Assembly: GCF_964355755.1 (NCBI RefSeq)
Contig: NC_092670.1
Span: 24,538,795-24,602,794 of the forward strand
Origin: Antedon mediterranea
Lineage: Eukaryota > Animalia > Echinodermata
Direction: 5' to 3'
Length of the DNA: 64,000 nucleotides
Shown: piece by piece, positions 43,101 through 54,088 of the stretch
Layout of the letters: each line of letters opens with the position of its first letter
How positions within the stretch are numbered: the stretch's first letter is position 1
Made by a program: the position numbers and the translations under genes
The notes under the pieces: generated by a model
The model's input: only the letters and a program-made list of their open reading frames with translations
Told to the model about the DNA's origin: nothing
The model's database searches: none

Positions 43101-45308
43101 CCGGTTGAACAGCTAGAGTACACCATCATAATGTTGAAGACAGGCCGATTTTCTTTAAAAAATACTATTTTGATAGATTGCTAGAGTACACCATCATAAT
43201 GTTGAAGACAGGCCGATTTTCTTTAAAAAATACTATTTTGATAGATTTAATATACGATTATACAAATGTATTGATTTGCGATGAATGGAACATCCCAATC
43301 TCTCAGTCTGCCAGAGTTTGGTTTAACACAAGTACTGTACTGTAGGTAAATTTATGAGCCCTTGGTTTAACACATACGGTAGGTAAATATATGGGCCCTT
43401 TGAGAATAAACTTGCAATAGGTTCGGAAAATGTTAAAAACCAATTTCTATTATTTGAATCGGTAAACAGTTTCCATTTATTATACATTGATAATGAAAAA
43501 TGAAATATTCCTATTTATGTCCCTCGAGGTTCATTACAATTTATATTTAGTAGTCCCACGGACTTCATCTTAGCCACTCCCCCGAGTGCTAAGGCCAAAT
43601 TTATGATACCCTACTTTCTATGTAAGTTTATGTGCTTATAAATTAAGACTCATGTAAACAGCTTGATTACATCATTTTACAGACAAACGAAACTTTTTTA
43701 AACCTACTGTTTCAATAACTGAGTATAATACTGTATACGTTTTCATAAGTAAGCGCATATACATTTTCGTGCTTTCATTGACGAGATTGTAATAGTAACT
43801 TCAGTAACTATTACAGTACTTATTTATTATACGACACAAGACAATTGTATCTGACAGGTACGTACATTATTCTAAAAAATAAGTCTAGATAGATCCCTTA
43901 GGCGTCATAAATCACAGGCCAACAAATCAGTACTCATGACAGAAATTCGACCCAGTTTGGTTCACACAAATGTTTACAGGAATTTCAACACCACAACCGA
44001 TGATTTGCCCTAAATATTTAGGTAGACTACAGTTTAATTTTTCACTGAATAGGAGCTTGCATTTCCGATTTCCATTTCGCAGAATGTCTAGGTCTATTTA
44101 TTTAGTTTGGTTCTTATAATATATAAATACAATCAACTTTATTACTGCGGTTCCATCACCACCACCACGTGCCGCCCAATTCCCGTACATACATTTCCAT
44201 TTCTCCCTAATTTTTTTAATCCACATAAATTAATTGTCCTTTATGAAATCCAGTATTGGTTTTGTTGTCTCTATTTCTGAATACCCCAATTAGGGGGACA
44301 CTTCCGTTTTTGTTTAGTGTCCCAAAAAAGTCCCCGTCCGTGGATTCTACTGTATTCGAGAACCATCTGTGAGCACCCCTAGATGGTACGCGAGCGAAGC
44401 GAGCGTGCCATCTAGTCATACTAAATTTCAAACAGATTAATCCTAAATTCACCCATTAATTAATACTAAATCAAATGAGATTATTAGTAGACCAACTAAT
44501 TATAAGTGAATAGTTGTTATACAATTTTTCCAACGGTGGTTGTTACATTATATTTTATTATATTATTATCATATTATTTTTTCAAATTTTGTCTAGGCCT
44601 ACAGTGGTATTAGTTTTATTTTATTTATTATTTTTAATTATTTGTTTATTAATTTATTAATTTTGGGGGGGGGGGGGAGGAGGGATCCTGCCTTCATACA
44701 TTTTTCTAAATTATCTCTTGCCATTATTGTTTTTGTTACTTTTTGTCTTTTGGACGTAAATACATGTTTTTTTAACTGAATTGAATACATCATGGACGAA
44801 AAAATAAATAAATCATTTCCTCCATGGCATAAGATACGATAAGATAATAAGATTTATAGAGCGCACATATATCCACAAAGTGCTCATAAACTTACTTTGC
44901 TATTTTGGCGATTTCATATCCACCATCAATATTTAATTCTCCAGCAGCTACAGCAGCTGACAGTAGCAGTGTGGTATTGCCAGTGTCTGCAGCCTCCTTG
45001 TCATACGCAGCACGGAGTTCCTATCAAAATAGTACAATCGATTGATTCATTTACTGTATTCATAATTCATATTTAATATACCGATCAATCATGAACCGGT
45101 AGATTGGCAGATCGATGACGATAAAGTTAGTAATCAATTATAAGTTTACCAATACATTGAGATTATGGTTGTTGGAAAATTAATAATATTTAGTTTATAT
45201 TTATTTATTAATGTATTTATAATTATACATTATACTAACCCAACAAACGTTCTAATATGAATTTTAAAATCACTTTGAATTCTTTCCATAATAATTATTG
45301 ATAATAAT

Positions 45309-45346
<38 letters not shown>

Positions 45347-47449
45347 GTCATCTTACCTGAACCAAAAGTGTGAAACGTTGTTTATCCTCTGGAGGGCTCC
45401 CTCTAGCACCTGGATATTCCCAATCCAAATCCAATCCATCGAAGTCACGAGCTCTTAAGAATGTAATCGAGTGAGAGATAAACTTCGCTCGATTAGCCTC
45501 CGTTGCCACCATCTTCGTGAACTCAGCAGATCCCATGTTCCAGCCGCCGACAGCGAGTGCAACTTTCAGGTTCTTATTCGTATTTTTCCAGTTAATTACC
45601 TGTCAATCGAATAATAGGAAAAACCCGAAATAATAATAACAATGTTAATATAATAAAATAGAAGATTGATCAGATATCATATCATATATCAGATATAAGT
45701 CCTATCTGAAGAGGTTTTTTAGCCGGATGAAGGCGACTAAATTTCGATAAAGCCGTTAACATTACCGTATAGATTTACAGGTTTTAATTTATTATACCAG
45801 GTGTACACTAAAAGACGGAAAACGCAGTGGTGCCAACCCATTAATTCACTTTATTTATTACCTTACGGACGGTATAATTAGTAATTTTCTAATCTCTTAT
45901 CTCTAATCTCTACCTAGATCCCAGTACCAGTAGTAGAAATTGAAATGCATGTACATCTGGATATTATGATCATTGTTTATCAAAAAACGAGGGAAATTGC
46001 ATCTAAACTTTCATGATTATTAGAAGAGTATGTCTTATACAGGCTTACCTGTTGATACATACCATCTGACCAGTCCGTAGATTCATCATTCCATTCAAAT
46101 GGTGCTAATTTTCCATTTACTATTTTAGCAAAGGAGTAAACTATATGGGTGCAAAGGTAGGGGTCAATATTGTCGGGTGTGTACTTGGCAAAACCCGATC
46201 GATACTGAGCCCAATTTGTGTAGTAACAGATACGTTTGTATCCCTCGATACATTCTGTACAAAAAAAAGGAAATTAATATTATTCTTATTAACAGAGAAG
46301 AGTTATAATTAGTAATGCAACATCTGCTCCTAATTGCGTTAGTGTCAACTCAGACAGCATCGTACGACGAGCAGGGGCGGACGCAGGGTTGTTGCTCCAG
46401 TTGCCCGGGCAACACCCTCAATTTTATACAAAATATTTTTCATCACTATTAAAGATCCCATTTCATATGTCATATCTATAATATCTAGGCCCTATATATA
46501 ACGGCTGTCAGAGAATATTGTATTGACCACAGCGGCGAACGTTTTAACCAACATTCAATTATACCGTGCACACATGTATTTGGCCCGGCCGACCAGTGTT
46601 TTAAAGTCTTAACACGCGTGGATTTGTGTCTCTAGCAGAGCAGCATAGATCTTATGACTGGTGTAACGTCATTTCTTCCTGCTTTTTTTCCTCACCTGTA
46701 AGTGTTTAAGATCAACACCGAGCAATTGTTTAAAACTGTTTCTCTCACCCTCATTTCCCATCCCTTTAATTTCTGGTGTGGTGGATCGAGGATTTCAAGA
46801 TACGAATTAAGGCCAACTCAGACAGCGTCGTATGACGAGGCCCGTAAACATATTTATGGTTCTTGCAAAGACCTAAAACTACGCCCGACGCTATCGCAAG
46901 GCGACTCGTTTCATTGGGATTCAACTCAGATAGCACCGACGTCGAGTCAAGACGTTTTCGTCGGGCCTCGTCGTACAACACTGTCTGAGTTGGCCTTTAG
47001 AGACCAAGGATAGAGTAGAATATTGAGTCCACGGCCTTATATTGTTAGAATAATTGAAAACATAAGAAATGTTTTGTCAAGTTTAAATTCAGAGTAGAAC
47101 TAGAAGGCGAGAATGTTAAATTTTAATTTTCATAACTTATATGGTCAACACATTTTAGTCTAAATGTAACTATGACTGACTATGAAAAATAAGCCTGATC
47201 ATCTTGCAACCTTATTTTATACATTTGTTTATAGGGAAGTAAAATTTCATTTTTTCCTGATTTGTTAAAATGTTAACATCATTTGATTCACTCGTCGACG
47301 CATGGAATTTCGATTTCTACCACTTCATATTTCTAAACTGGAAGTCAAGATGTGTCTTCCCTCTCATGTTTAATTTACTTTGATTGCTTTAAACTTAACT
47401 TACCCGCAAAGCTGAAGCAGAGAACTGCAACAAAAATGAACGCCCTCAT
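21967..47449 (-). CDS. Secreted GH18 chitinase (chitotriosidase/AMCase-like) with C-terminal CBM14; 9 coding exons, 1509 nt, 502 aa
   Basis: Coding exons 47404-47449, 46049-46254, 45357-45599, 44896-45020, 31045-31168, 23931-24116, 23190-23309, 22682-22952 and 21967-22154 have GT-AG boundaries and join in frame without stops. Motifs: [40 protein letters not shown], six-Cys CBM14. Confidence 0.95.
22682..22952 (-). CDS. Chitinase exon 9 ([15 protein letters not shown] plus Pro/Thr linker)
   Basis: End of the GH18 domain and KPVVT linker repeats; 271 nt; phase-1 donor. Confidence 0.95.
23190..23309 (-). CDS. Chitinase exon 8 ([15 protein letters not shown])
   Basis: Conserved PY...NQWVGYDD motif; 120 nt. 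Confidence 0.94.
23931..24116 (-). CDS. Chitinase exon 7 ([24 protein letters not shown]...GFISYYE)
   Basis: KLxxG-YGRSFTL motif of the chitinase insertion domain; 186 nt. Confidence 0.95.
24615..25447. mobile_element. MITE
   Basis: TIR AATAGAGAGAAATGGCGAACCG plus inner IR CCGAGTGGGTATA. Confidence 0.7.
27138..29755 (+). mobile_element. 5' half of a nested LINE (L2/Crack-like): ORF1 and AP endonuclease
   Basis: ORF1 27276-28079 (coiled coil plus L1-type [16 protein letters not shown]); APE 28741-29610 (LQETWL, GDFN, SDHYPI). Confidence 0.85.
27276..28079 (+). CDS. LINE ORF1p (L1 transposase-22-like RNA-binding protein), intact 267 aa
   Basis: [23 protein letters not shown] and GNLYINGK motifs. 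Confidence 0.8.
   Translation: MSRERRNNKKDKEKDRVLLAPESSTLDSECGDPDGTEATEVGMLRRELRTFQTIIKGKLNSIILNQEALLKRIDKIEHKQTELEKSIAFTSDSIVEIEKKIVSFCTDIEAVKTSMDADRNNVTLLQNQILKLERYSRSFNLRFGGIKESIDEIPIEKINEIIKNDLKLPNITVENAHRTGKPRTSPTGAPRHIIAKFLFRPQRYQVLMQAKTGHVLKNKGIFVLEDLPETDLKKKRNLREIMAKAYGERKRPVFRNGNLYINGKLHS
31045..31168 (-). CDS. Chitinase exon 6 ([15 protein letters not shown]...GHHSAL)
   Basis: MSYDLHG motif; 124 nt; phases match the neighbouring exons. Confidence 0.95.
33190..33381 (+). repeat. 5' LTR
   Basis: Identical by eye to 40107-40298. Confidence 0.95.
33388..33405 (+). other. Primer-binding site complementary to tRNA-iMet
   Basis: TGGTAGCAGAGCGAGGTT, starting 6 nt after the 5' LTR. Confidence 0.75.
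33560..34358. mobile_element. MITE with TTGCGCAA-rich TIRs inserted in the LTR element leader
   Basis: TGTTATGCGCGATTTGAACG...CGTTCAAATCGCGCATAACA, flanked by CATG on both sides. The ends could alternatively be read with an AT TSD. Confidence 0.88.
34360..39739 (+). pseudogene. BEL/Pao gag-pol polyprotein, split by frameshifts and stops
   Basis: ORFs 34360-35223 (DUF1759-like Gag), 35207-35437, 35592-38006 (Zn knuckles, LLDDGS protease, YMDD RT, FVDAS RNase H), 38064-38831 and 38915-39739 (SDNGTNF integrase). Confidence 0.93.
40107..40298 (+). repeat. 3' LTR
   Basis: Follows the polypurine tract and is followed by the TSD GTATG. Confidence 0.95.
42005..44415 (+). mobile_element. Non-autonomous Helitron in chitinase intron 5
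   Basis: A|TCTATATATAAA start; hairpin CTAGATGGTACGC...GCGTGCCATCTAG|T end; internal duplications at 42280-42580 and 43040-43420. Confidence 0.85.
44896..45020 (-). CDS. Chitinase exon 5 ([10 protein letters not shown]...LLSAAVAAG...GYEIAKIA)
   Basis: GH18 LSAAV motif; AG/GT boundaries; 125 nt. Confidence 0.93.
45357..45599 (-). CDS. Chitinase exon 4, catalytic exon (VGGWN...[12 protein letters not shown])
   Basis: Intact DxxDxDxE motif; 243 nt; overlaps ORF 45348-45536. Confidence 0.97.
46049..46254 (-). CDS. Chitinase exon 3 ([15 protein letters not shown]...[13 protein letters not shown]...GMYQQ)
   Basis: Canonical GH18 N-terminal motif; acceptor ttttgtacag, donor gtaagc; 206 nt. Confidence 0.95.
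46810..46996. mobile_element. PIF/Harbinger-like MITE
   Basis: TIR AGGCCAACTCAGACAG; TTA TSD. Confidence 0.78.
47404..47449 (-). CDS. Chitinase exon 2 coding part: signal peptide [15 protein letters not shown]
   Basis: ATG at 47449, hydrophobic 15-mer, phase-1 donor G|gtaagt, acceptor ttttatag at 47464-47471. Confidence 0.88.
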
Positions 47450-47722
47450 CTCGGTAAATATACCTATAAAAAAGAAAACATCCACATGCATCGTTTACAG
47501 TAAATGAAATATAGGTTTAGAAATACAGTTTAACGAATGGTATAACGGCAGGAGATAAAAATAATGACACCAAAACATAGGACATCACGTTGACGCGCTG
47601 GTGTGTTTTCCTAGGCGGTGTAAAAGAGTTAAAAGACTATACCTACACACAATCATAAAGAAAGTTATACCAGGGAAGAGTTAAATTACAATGTAATTTA
47701 ACTCTTCCCTGGTTATACTTAC

Positions 47723-47880
47723 CTGGTGATCGATTCTCAAAGTTAATATTAATTGTTCGAATTTTGTTTTTAATGCCCTTTTTATATACTTTGATAAGTA
47801 TGCGTTTACATAATCATATCGAGGCATCGCGCAACATATGTTGTTATTGGCTTTTTGTGGGAAAACCACCACACCACCCA
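47723..47880 (-). promoter_or_regulatory. Chitinase core promoter and short non-coding exon 1
   Basis: TATATAAAA at 47780-47788 (minus), CAG|gtaagt donor at 47723/47722, GATA site at about 47792. The same layout recurs in the paralogous segment at 20253-20405. Confidence 0.6.
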
Positions 47881-48114
47881 AAATTGTGTCACGCAGAGAT
47901 GTGTATTTTCTGTGGATTAATGTTAAGCTTCAATACTAATGGATCGTGGGATGCAAACCTGAACAAAGATTTTCTTTTTATAAACTTGTATTCAAGTATG
48001 TAATCTTCATATTGTTCCATTGTAAAAGTTGTGATTTTTTTTTTTAAGATTTTAATTTAAGATTAGGATCTTAAGTCAATAAATAAATAAATTTGTCTCT
48101 GTATGATCGCTGCA

Positions 48115-50346
48115 AACTATTATAAGTAAGAGAGTTTGTACGTTTGTTTGTGTGTTTGTTTGTTTGTTTGTGTGCTTGTTTGTTTGTTTCTTTGTTCGTT
48201 GTTACATAACCTTACATATGGGGTATCAAAATGACCGCAATTGTACCGGGAAAGTTCTAAACTACATGTGAACATCATCCGCCATTTAGGATCCAAATTA
48301 GAGGGGCCAAAATGTGGTCAAAATGACCCACTTTTCCCCACTATCGATGTTTGTTCGTTATAAAAATGTCTGTTTATGCACGTAGCCATATAACATATGA
48401 CCGCAATTGTACCGGGAAGTTTTTTAACTACATTTAAAAAATTCCCCGAATCCGGGTTTTTTTTAAGGGGGAGTGGGGTGGGTGGGGAGCTGGCTGGGAG
48501 ATGGAGATACTGGAATTGGGAGGTGATAGAAGTACAACATAGGCCTAATTAGAATTGTACTGGAAAATGTTACTACATTTGAACTGTTTAAGGTTTGGTA
48601 ATTGTGGCGGGATGGGGAGAGGAGAAAGAATATAGGCTGGAGAAGGGGTAATTCAGTGGTATCCAAATTAGATATTTTAGCCTATCAGCTGTATCGTCCT
48701 CTTTAAGACGCTAACGTTGTTAAATTGTGTCCACAATTGGAAACTATATTTCACCATCCTCCGCCATCGTGGATTCAAGTTTGGTGGGATAGAGTGTAGA
48801 AGTTGGGATTGAGGGGAAAGTGGGGTTTTTGCTTAGGTTAGGGGTGGTAGGCTATCAAATTTACCAGATTTGTGTGGTAGGAAATTGTTAAAGTATTTTA
48901 ATTATCCCTGGGAATGGGCTGAGAGTTTGGGGTGGGTATGTAGGCCTATCACCATGACCGAAACTGTACTGGTAATGTTTTAAACTGCCACTGAGGGATT
49001 ATGGGTTGGGAGTTATGGCTAACATAATTTGAACTGGAAACGTCTTAAACACATCACCCAGTACCTGGGGTGTTGGAAAAGTTACCACATTTGAACTGTC
49101 CAGGGGAGGAGTTAGGTTTGTTGATTGTGGTTGGGATGGTGAGAGGAGAAAGAAGGCTGGGGGCCGCAGTATCAAAAGTAGGTATTTTAATTATAAGCCA
49201 ATATGACACCTATTCATTTACACAGTTTACAACGTACTGAAAGCATAGACCTATCATAGCTGTGTATACCCCTCTCATTTTGAAGCTAAAGTTGAATTGA
49301 AATTTGTCCTGGGAAGAACTTGTTCTTACAAAGGAGTGTGAGGTGTTATTGAATAGGGGTGGAGGTTGGTGAGTATAGGGAGATACTGGCGTTGGGTGTT
49401 ATGTAATGAGACGGCTTTAAACTAATTTAGAAACCCGCCCAACTTCTTCCAGTTGGGCTGATGTAATTAGTGGAGTTCCACAAGGCTCTGTGTTGGGCCC
49501 TACATTGTTTGCATTATATATAAATGTATGTGTCTAGTCATATAAAGCTATTTGCTGATGATACAAAGATCTACTCAGTAGTTAACAACAGAAATGATGG
49601 ACAATTATTACAAGAATCTTTAAACAATGCACTGCAGTGGAGTAAAGAATGGATGTTAGCTTTTAATAAAAGCAAATGTAGGGTGATGCACTTCGGACAT
49701 TCAAATGTTCATTTTAAATACCAAATAGATGAAGTTGAACTGGAAACAATTGAGAAAATAAAGGACCTATGAGTACTAATTACTAATTACTGTAAACCAA
49801 GCCAACACTGCGCCAAAGTATCTCAGCGGGCCATGAACTGTTTAAGAAGCATCAGAAGGACTTTCGTATATATGGATAAGGATTGTTTTAACGTCATCTA
49901 CAAGCATTATGTACGCCCACATCTCGAATTTTGTGTTCAAGTATGGAATCCGTATCTTCAAAAGGACATAAATGTAATTGAAAGCCATCGACTAAGAATT
50001 CGAGGTGATCTGATTGAAGCATATAAAATTGTTAAAGATTTCGAGGGTGTAGCCAAGGATGACTTTTTCCAAATGAGAAGTAACATTAGCCGAATTACTC
50101 GAGGACATCACCTGAGATTTTTCAAGCCTATTTTTCATAAAGGATTGAACTGTAGAAGACATACCTTCTCGCAACGAGTAATAAACCATTGGAACAGTTT
50201 ACCAGCTGACATTGTTAATTCTGAGACCACTAACACCGTCAAGAATCGCATCGACACAATGTAGTTGATATGGGGTTAAAAAGGCATTCGCCTAAACTTT
50301 CCCATTATAACTAAACTAAACTAAACCTGTGCGGGTATAATTGCTA
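48115..50346 (+). mobile_element. Helitron-like element just upstream of the chitinase promoter
   Basis: (TTTG)n near the 5' end; 3' GCGGGTATAATTGCTAG|T; an uninterrupted 3' end of the family lies at 5351-5428 (minus). The 5' boundary is approximate. Confidence 0.65.
49441..50326 (+). mobile_element. CR1 LINE 3' fragment with (AACTA)n tail
   Basis: GVPQGSVLGP, LFADD, VRPHLE, RGDLIE, FSQRVINHWNSLP. Confidence 0.9.
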
Positions 50347-50439
50347 GTGTTGTATATAACAATGTAACTATAAACACAACAGACAAAGAAAATTAATTCT
50401 AAGATATATACTGACATTTGATTAATTAATTTGAAACGA

Positions 50440-50505
50440 TAAAGATTCTAACCCGGAACCTTCTGCTTCACATGCAGTTGTCCTAACCATTAGACCACTG
50501 GGGCT
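50440..50505 (-). other. tRNA-derived (SINE-like) head
   Basis: GCCCCAGTGGTCTAATGGTTAGGACAACTGCATGTGAAGCAGAAGGTTCCGGGTTAGAATC: A box, anticodon-like arm, mutated B box, no acceptor stem. Confidence 0.45.
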
Positions 50506-52221
50506 TTCATGGTATTGTTCAAACTCGATTGGATAACGACTCTTTAACACTCTCGGCGTGGTACGGCGGAACAGCACAAGTCCTCAGTTGTACGCACGCG
50601 CAACAGAGATCAAATTGATACGCCCTCATTGGATAACGACTCTTTAACACTCTCGGCGTGATTATTGTTGACCATTATGACACAATTACAATGCTCGGTT
50701 TTTCTTTTTCGAGAATCAGTTTAAATTACTCCAGTTTTGGGAGGAGGGGTTCGGTGGGAAAGGCTTGATATAGTTTTCAATATCGCCAGAAGCTTCTTCA
50801 GTTCTTTGATCACATCCATGGTTTGCTGTTCCAATAAAGAAACGTTTAACGTAAAGATTATACGCATAATAAAATAAAAAGTTTTTGCTTACTTTCGGTA
50901 ATCAATTGTTTATTATAGTTATTATCTTTATAATTATTCATTAGATAGCCATTGCAGCTGTTTTCGAAATTATCAATACTCAAATACAGATAATAAATAA
51001 TAAGTAACTGTATTTACTTCGTCCTAATAACAATTATTGTGTTTACACAAACAACTGTTGAATTCACAAGTTTCTACAGACGTTTATCATGGCTGTGTAA
51101 CAACAATTTAGCATAAAACAATTCCCGTTATACATTGTTATATTGTTGTAGGACATGTATTTTGTATCCTTGATATTTATATGTCTGAGAGTGCAACTCA
51201 CAGTCTACTGGGGTAAATGCGCACGGTGGTGTAGGCGAACTACCGTACCGTACCACGTTTCTTCTCCTCTTAGTTCATGTGATATCTAAAAAATGACCCT
51301 TGTTGAAAACAAATTGCAAGAAAGAAAGGTTTTTATATGAAATAGGTTCTTTGGACCCTTAGGACGTTATTCCTATCCGGAAAACTATACCCTCTGGACA
51401 ACTACCCCTAGAGCAACTACCACCCGGACAATTACCACCCAGACAACTACCACCCGGACAACTACCCCCTAGGGCAACTACCACCCAGACAATTACCACC
51501 TAGACAACTAACACCCGGACAATTACCCTCCATGGCAATCACCCCTAGGATAACTACCAACTAGGACAACTGCCCCCTAGGACAACTACCCCCTAGGACA
51601 ACTAGGAGGATAGAGGGAGCCCTCCAGAGGATAAACAACGTTTCACACTTTTGGTTCAGGTAAGATGATATTATTTAGGATTAAATTCTAAAGTGCTCTG
51701 AATGATTGAACTATCATTTTCAATAATCATTATGGAAAGAATTCAAAATGATTTTAAAATTCATTTGAACGTTTTTCGGGTTAGTATAATGCATAATTGT
51801 AAATACTAAATAGATATATAAACTAAATATGATTTTAATTTTCTTTACAACCATAATCGCAATGTTGGTAAATTTATAATTGATTACTAACTAAATCGTC
51901 ATCAATCAGCCAATCTACTCAGTGATGTGGACGATATACCGCACCACACGTTTCTTCTCCCCTTAGTTCATGTGATAGCTAAAAAAATACCCTTTTTGAA
52001 AGAAAATTGCAAGAAAGAAAGGTTTTTATATGAAATAGGTTCTGAACCCCCAGAACACACAAACTTAAGAGGTTATTCGTATCCGGACAACTACCTCTTG
52101 GATAATTTCCACCAGACAACTACCACCCGGACAACTAGCACTACCCTTGAGATGAACCAGTACAACAATTTTTTTTTAATACACCGATATAAAGGTGTCG
52201 TTTGCAATAAAGATTATTCTA

Positions 52222-52261
<40 letters not shown>

Positions 52262-52464
52262 CACTTTATTTTAGAATAAAAATTCCATATATAGCACTAA
52301 CAATACAAAACGAAAAATCACATTAAACTATAATTCCATTGGTGAAGAGATTTGAAGATTGTAACAGATAGATCGTATTACACCTAACAAAATCATTTTC
52401 ACTATTCACAACTCTCATTCTAAAACCATAGACGCACTGTGCGTCCGTAGCTCGTAAATATTAA

Positions 52465-53301
52465 CAAAGAATATATATCACAAGAATGAGTATTCCGCGA
52501 TTTTTGCATGAGAAATTTGTAACAGAGAGCGCCAGTGAGTGATGCCCGCCCTCATAAGGGCGGATGTATACATACTAAATAAGACTTGATTTAATAGATA
52601 TTATACATGTCACATTAAATAGAATTGTGATAATAGTTTTTGCAATTGTAAACTATTTTATAATACATATTTATTAACAAACTAGTGTACATTCACTTTT
52701 ACAGACAATTATTTACTAACATGCTAAGTTAGTTCACAAAAAAGGCCTAACACAGCAACACCAAAAATCAACGAATCGTTTATTCAGCACGGCCTATTCT
52801 TTACCATTGCCGTGTACTACTCTACGCCCGGTAAATTAAGTATTGTTTTTATGATATAAATTAGTATAAAATACATGTTATTAATAGGACAAAATGTTAA
52901 ATGTCATTACATTTATTTGTTTTACCAGAAACAAGTTAAATATAGGATGATTATTAAACTATCCTTCGTGAAAACGCGTAAACACCAACACGCCCGGTCA
53001 CGCTATCGTAGCGCCCGGTTGATAAAGCAAACTGTTTATACGAAGTTTTTACTAAATAAATTGCATAAAACGAACAATTAAATATCCAAATATTATTTAA
53101 CATGATGTTGGCATGTAGTTGATAACATTTTTTATCATGAAAATACTACCGGTGGTCCAGCCTTTGATTAGTGAAACAGTCACAAAAAGTTGTATACATC
53201 CCAGATACATCCACACTTATGGCGGCGCCCTACCACATGGACAATTATTACTGTTACAGGGAAAATCGCGGAATACTCATTCTTGTGATATATATTCTTT
53301 G
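52465..53301. mobile_element. P-element-like MITE
   Basis: TIR CAAAGAATATATATCACAAGAATGAGTATTCCGCGATTTT; 7-bp TSD ATATTAA; an empty-site homologue lies near 3940. Confidence 0.82.
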
Positions 53302-53717
53302 ATATTAAGGTATTCTCCTCGTGGAAAAGACGTTACTAGCACTACAGATTCTTGTTTTCAAAGTTTTTCCTTTGGGTAATCAATTGTTTATTCTAGTTAT
53401 TATCTTTATAATTATTCATTAGATAGCCATTGCATCTGTTGTCGAAATTATCAATACTCAAATACAGATAATACAAATAATAAGTAACTGTATTTACTTC
53501 GTCCTAATAACAATTATTGTGTTTACACAAACAACTGTTGAATTCACAAGTTGCTACAGACGCTTATCATGGCTGTGTACCAATTGGCATAAACACTTCT
53601 CGTCGTTATACATTGTTATATTTAATTGTATCCGTGATGTAAATGTAAATGTCTGAATTTATATGATAGGTTCTTTGGACCCTACAGAATACACCTATAA
53701 GCAACTACCACCCGGAC

Positions 53718-54088
53718 GCATTATTTTTTTTACTATCCAATTAAGCCAGAAATCATGAATAATTCATTACCTTAAATTTTCTATTATAAAGAATTGCAAG
53801 ATAGATGATCTACTTCCTAAATATACTAAAGCTAACCCTCTAAATAATCTCTCAACTATTACAAAAAAAACATGTTCTTGAAAGACCTCGATCCGAGGGC
53901 TCCAGAGTAATATGTTAAAGCCTTTACCACTAGAACAAAAACTTCGATTGGCAAACGCTGTTTACACAAATTATTTAATCTCTCCGCATGCTTATATAGC
54001 GCCATCTATAATGTTCCATATTATTTCATAATTATTCTAATGAATTATTCATGATTTCTGGCTTAATTGGATAGGAAATAAATAATGC
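53718..54088. mobile_element. MULE-like MITE
   Basis: TIR GCATTATT...TATCCAATTAAGCCAGAAATCATGAATAATTCATTA; 9-bp TSD CACCCGGAC/CACCGGGAC; truncated copy at 1231-1378. Confidence 0.8.

Noticed and set aside
45705-45760. Possible second hammerhead (CTGAAGA...)
   Set aside because: No downstream GAAA core or paired stems.
50440-50505. Functional tRNA-His gene
   Set aside because: No paired acceptor stem and a mutated B box; a SINE-like relic at best.
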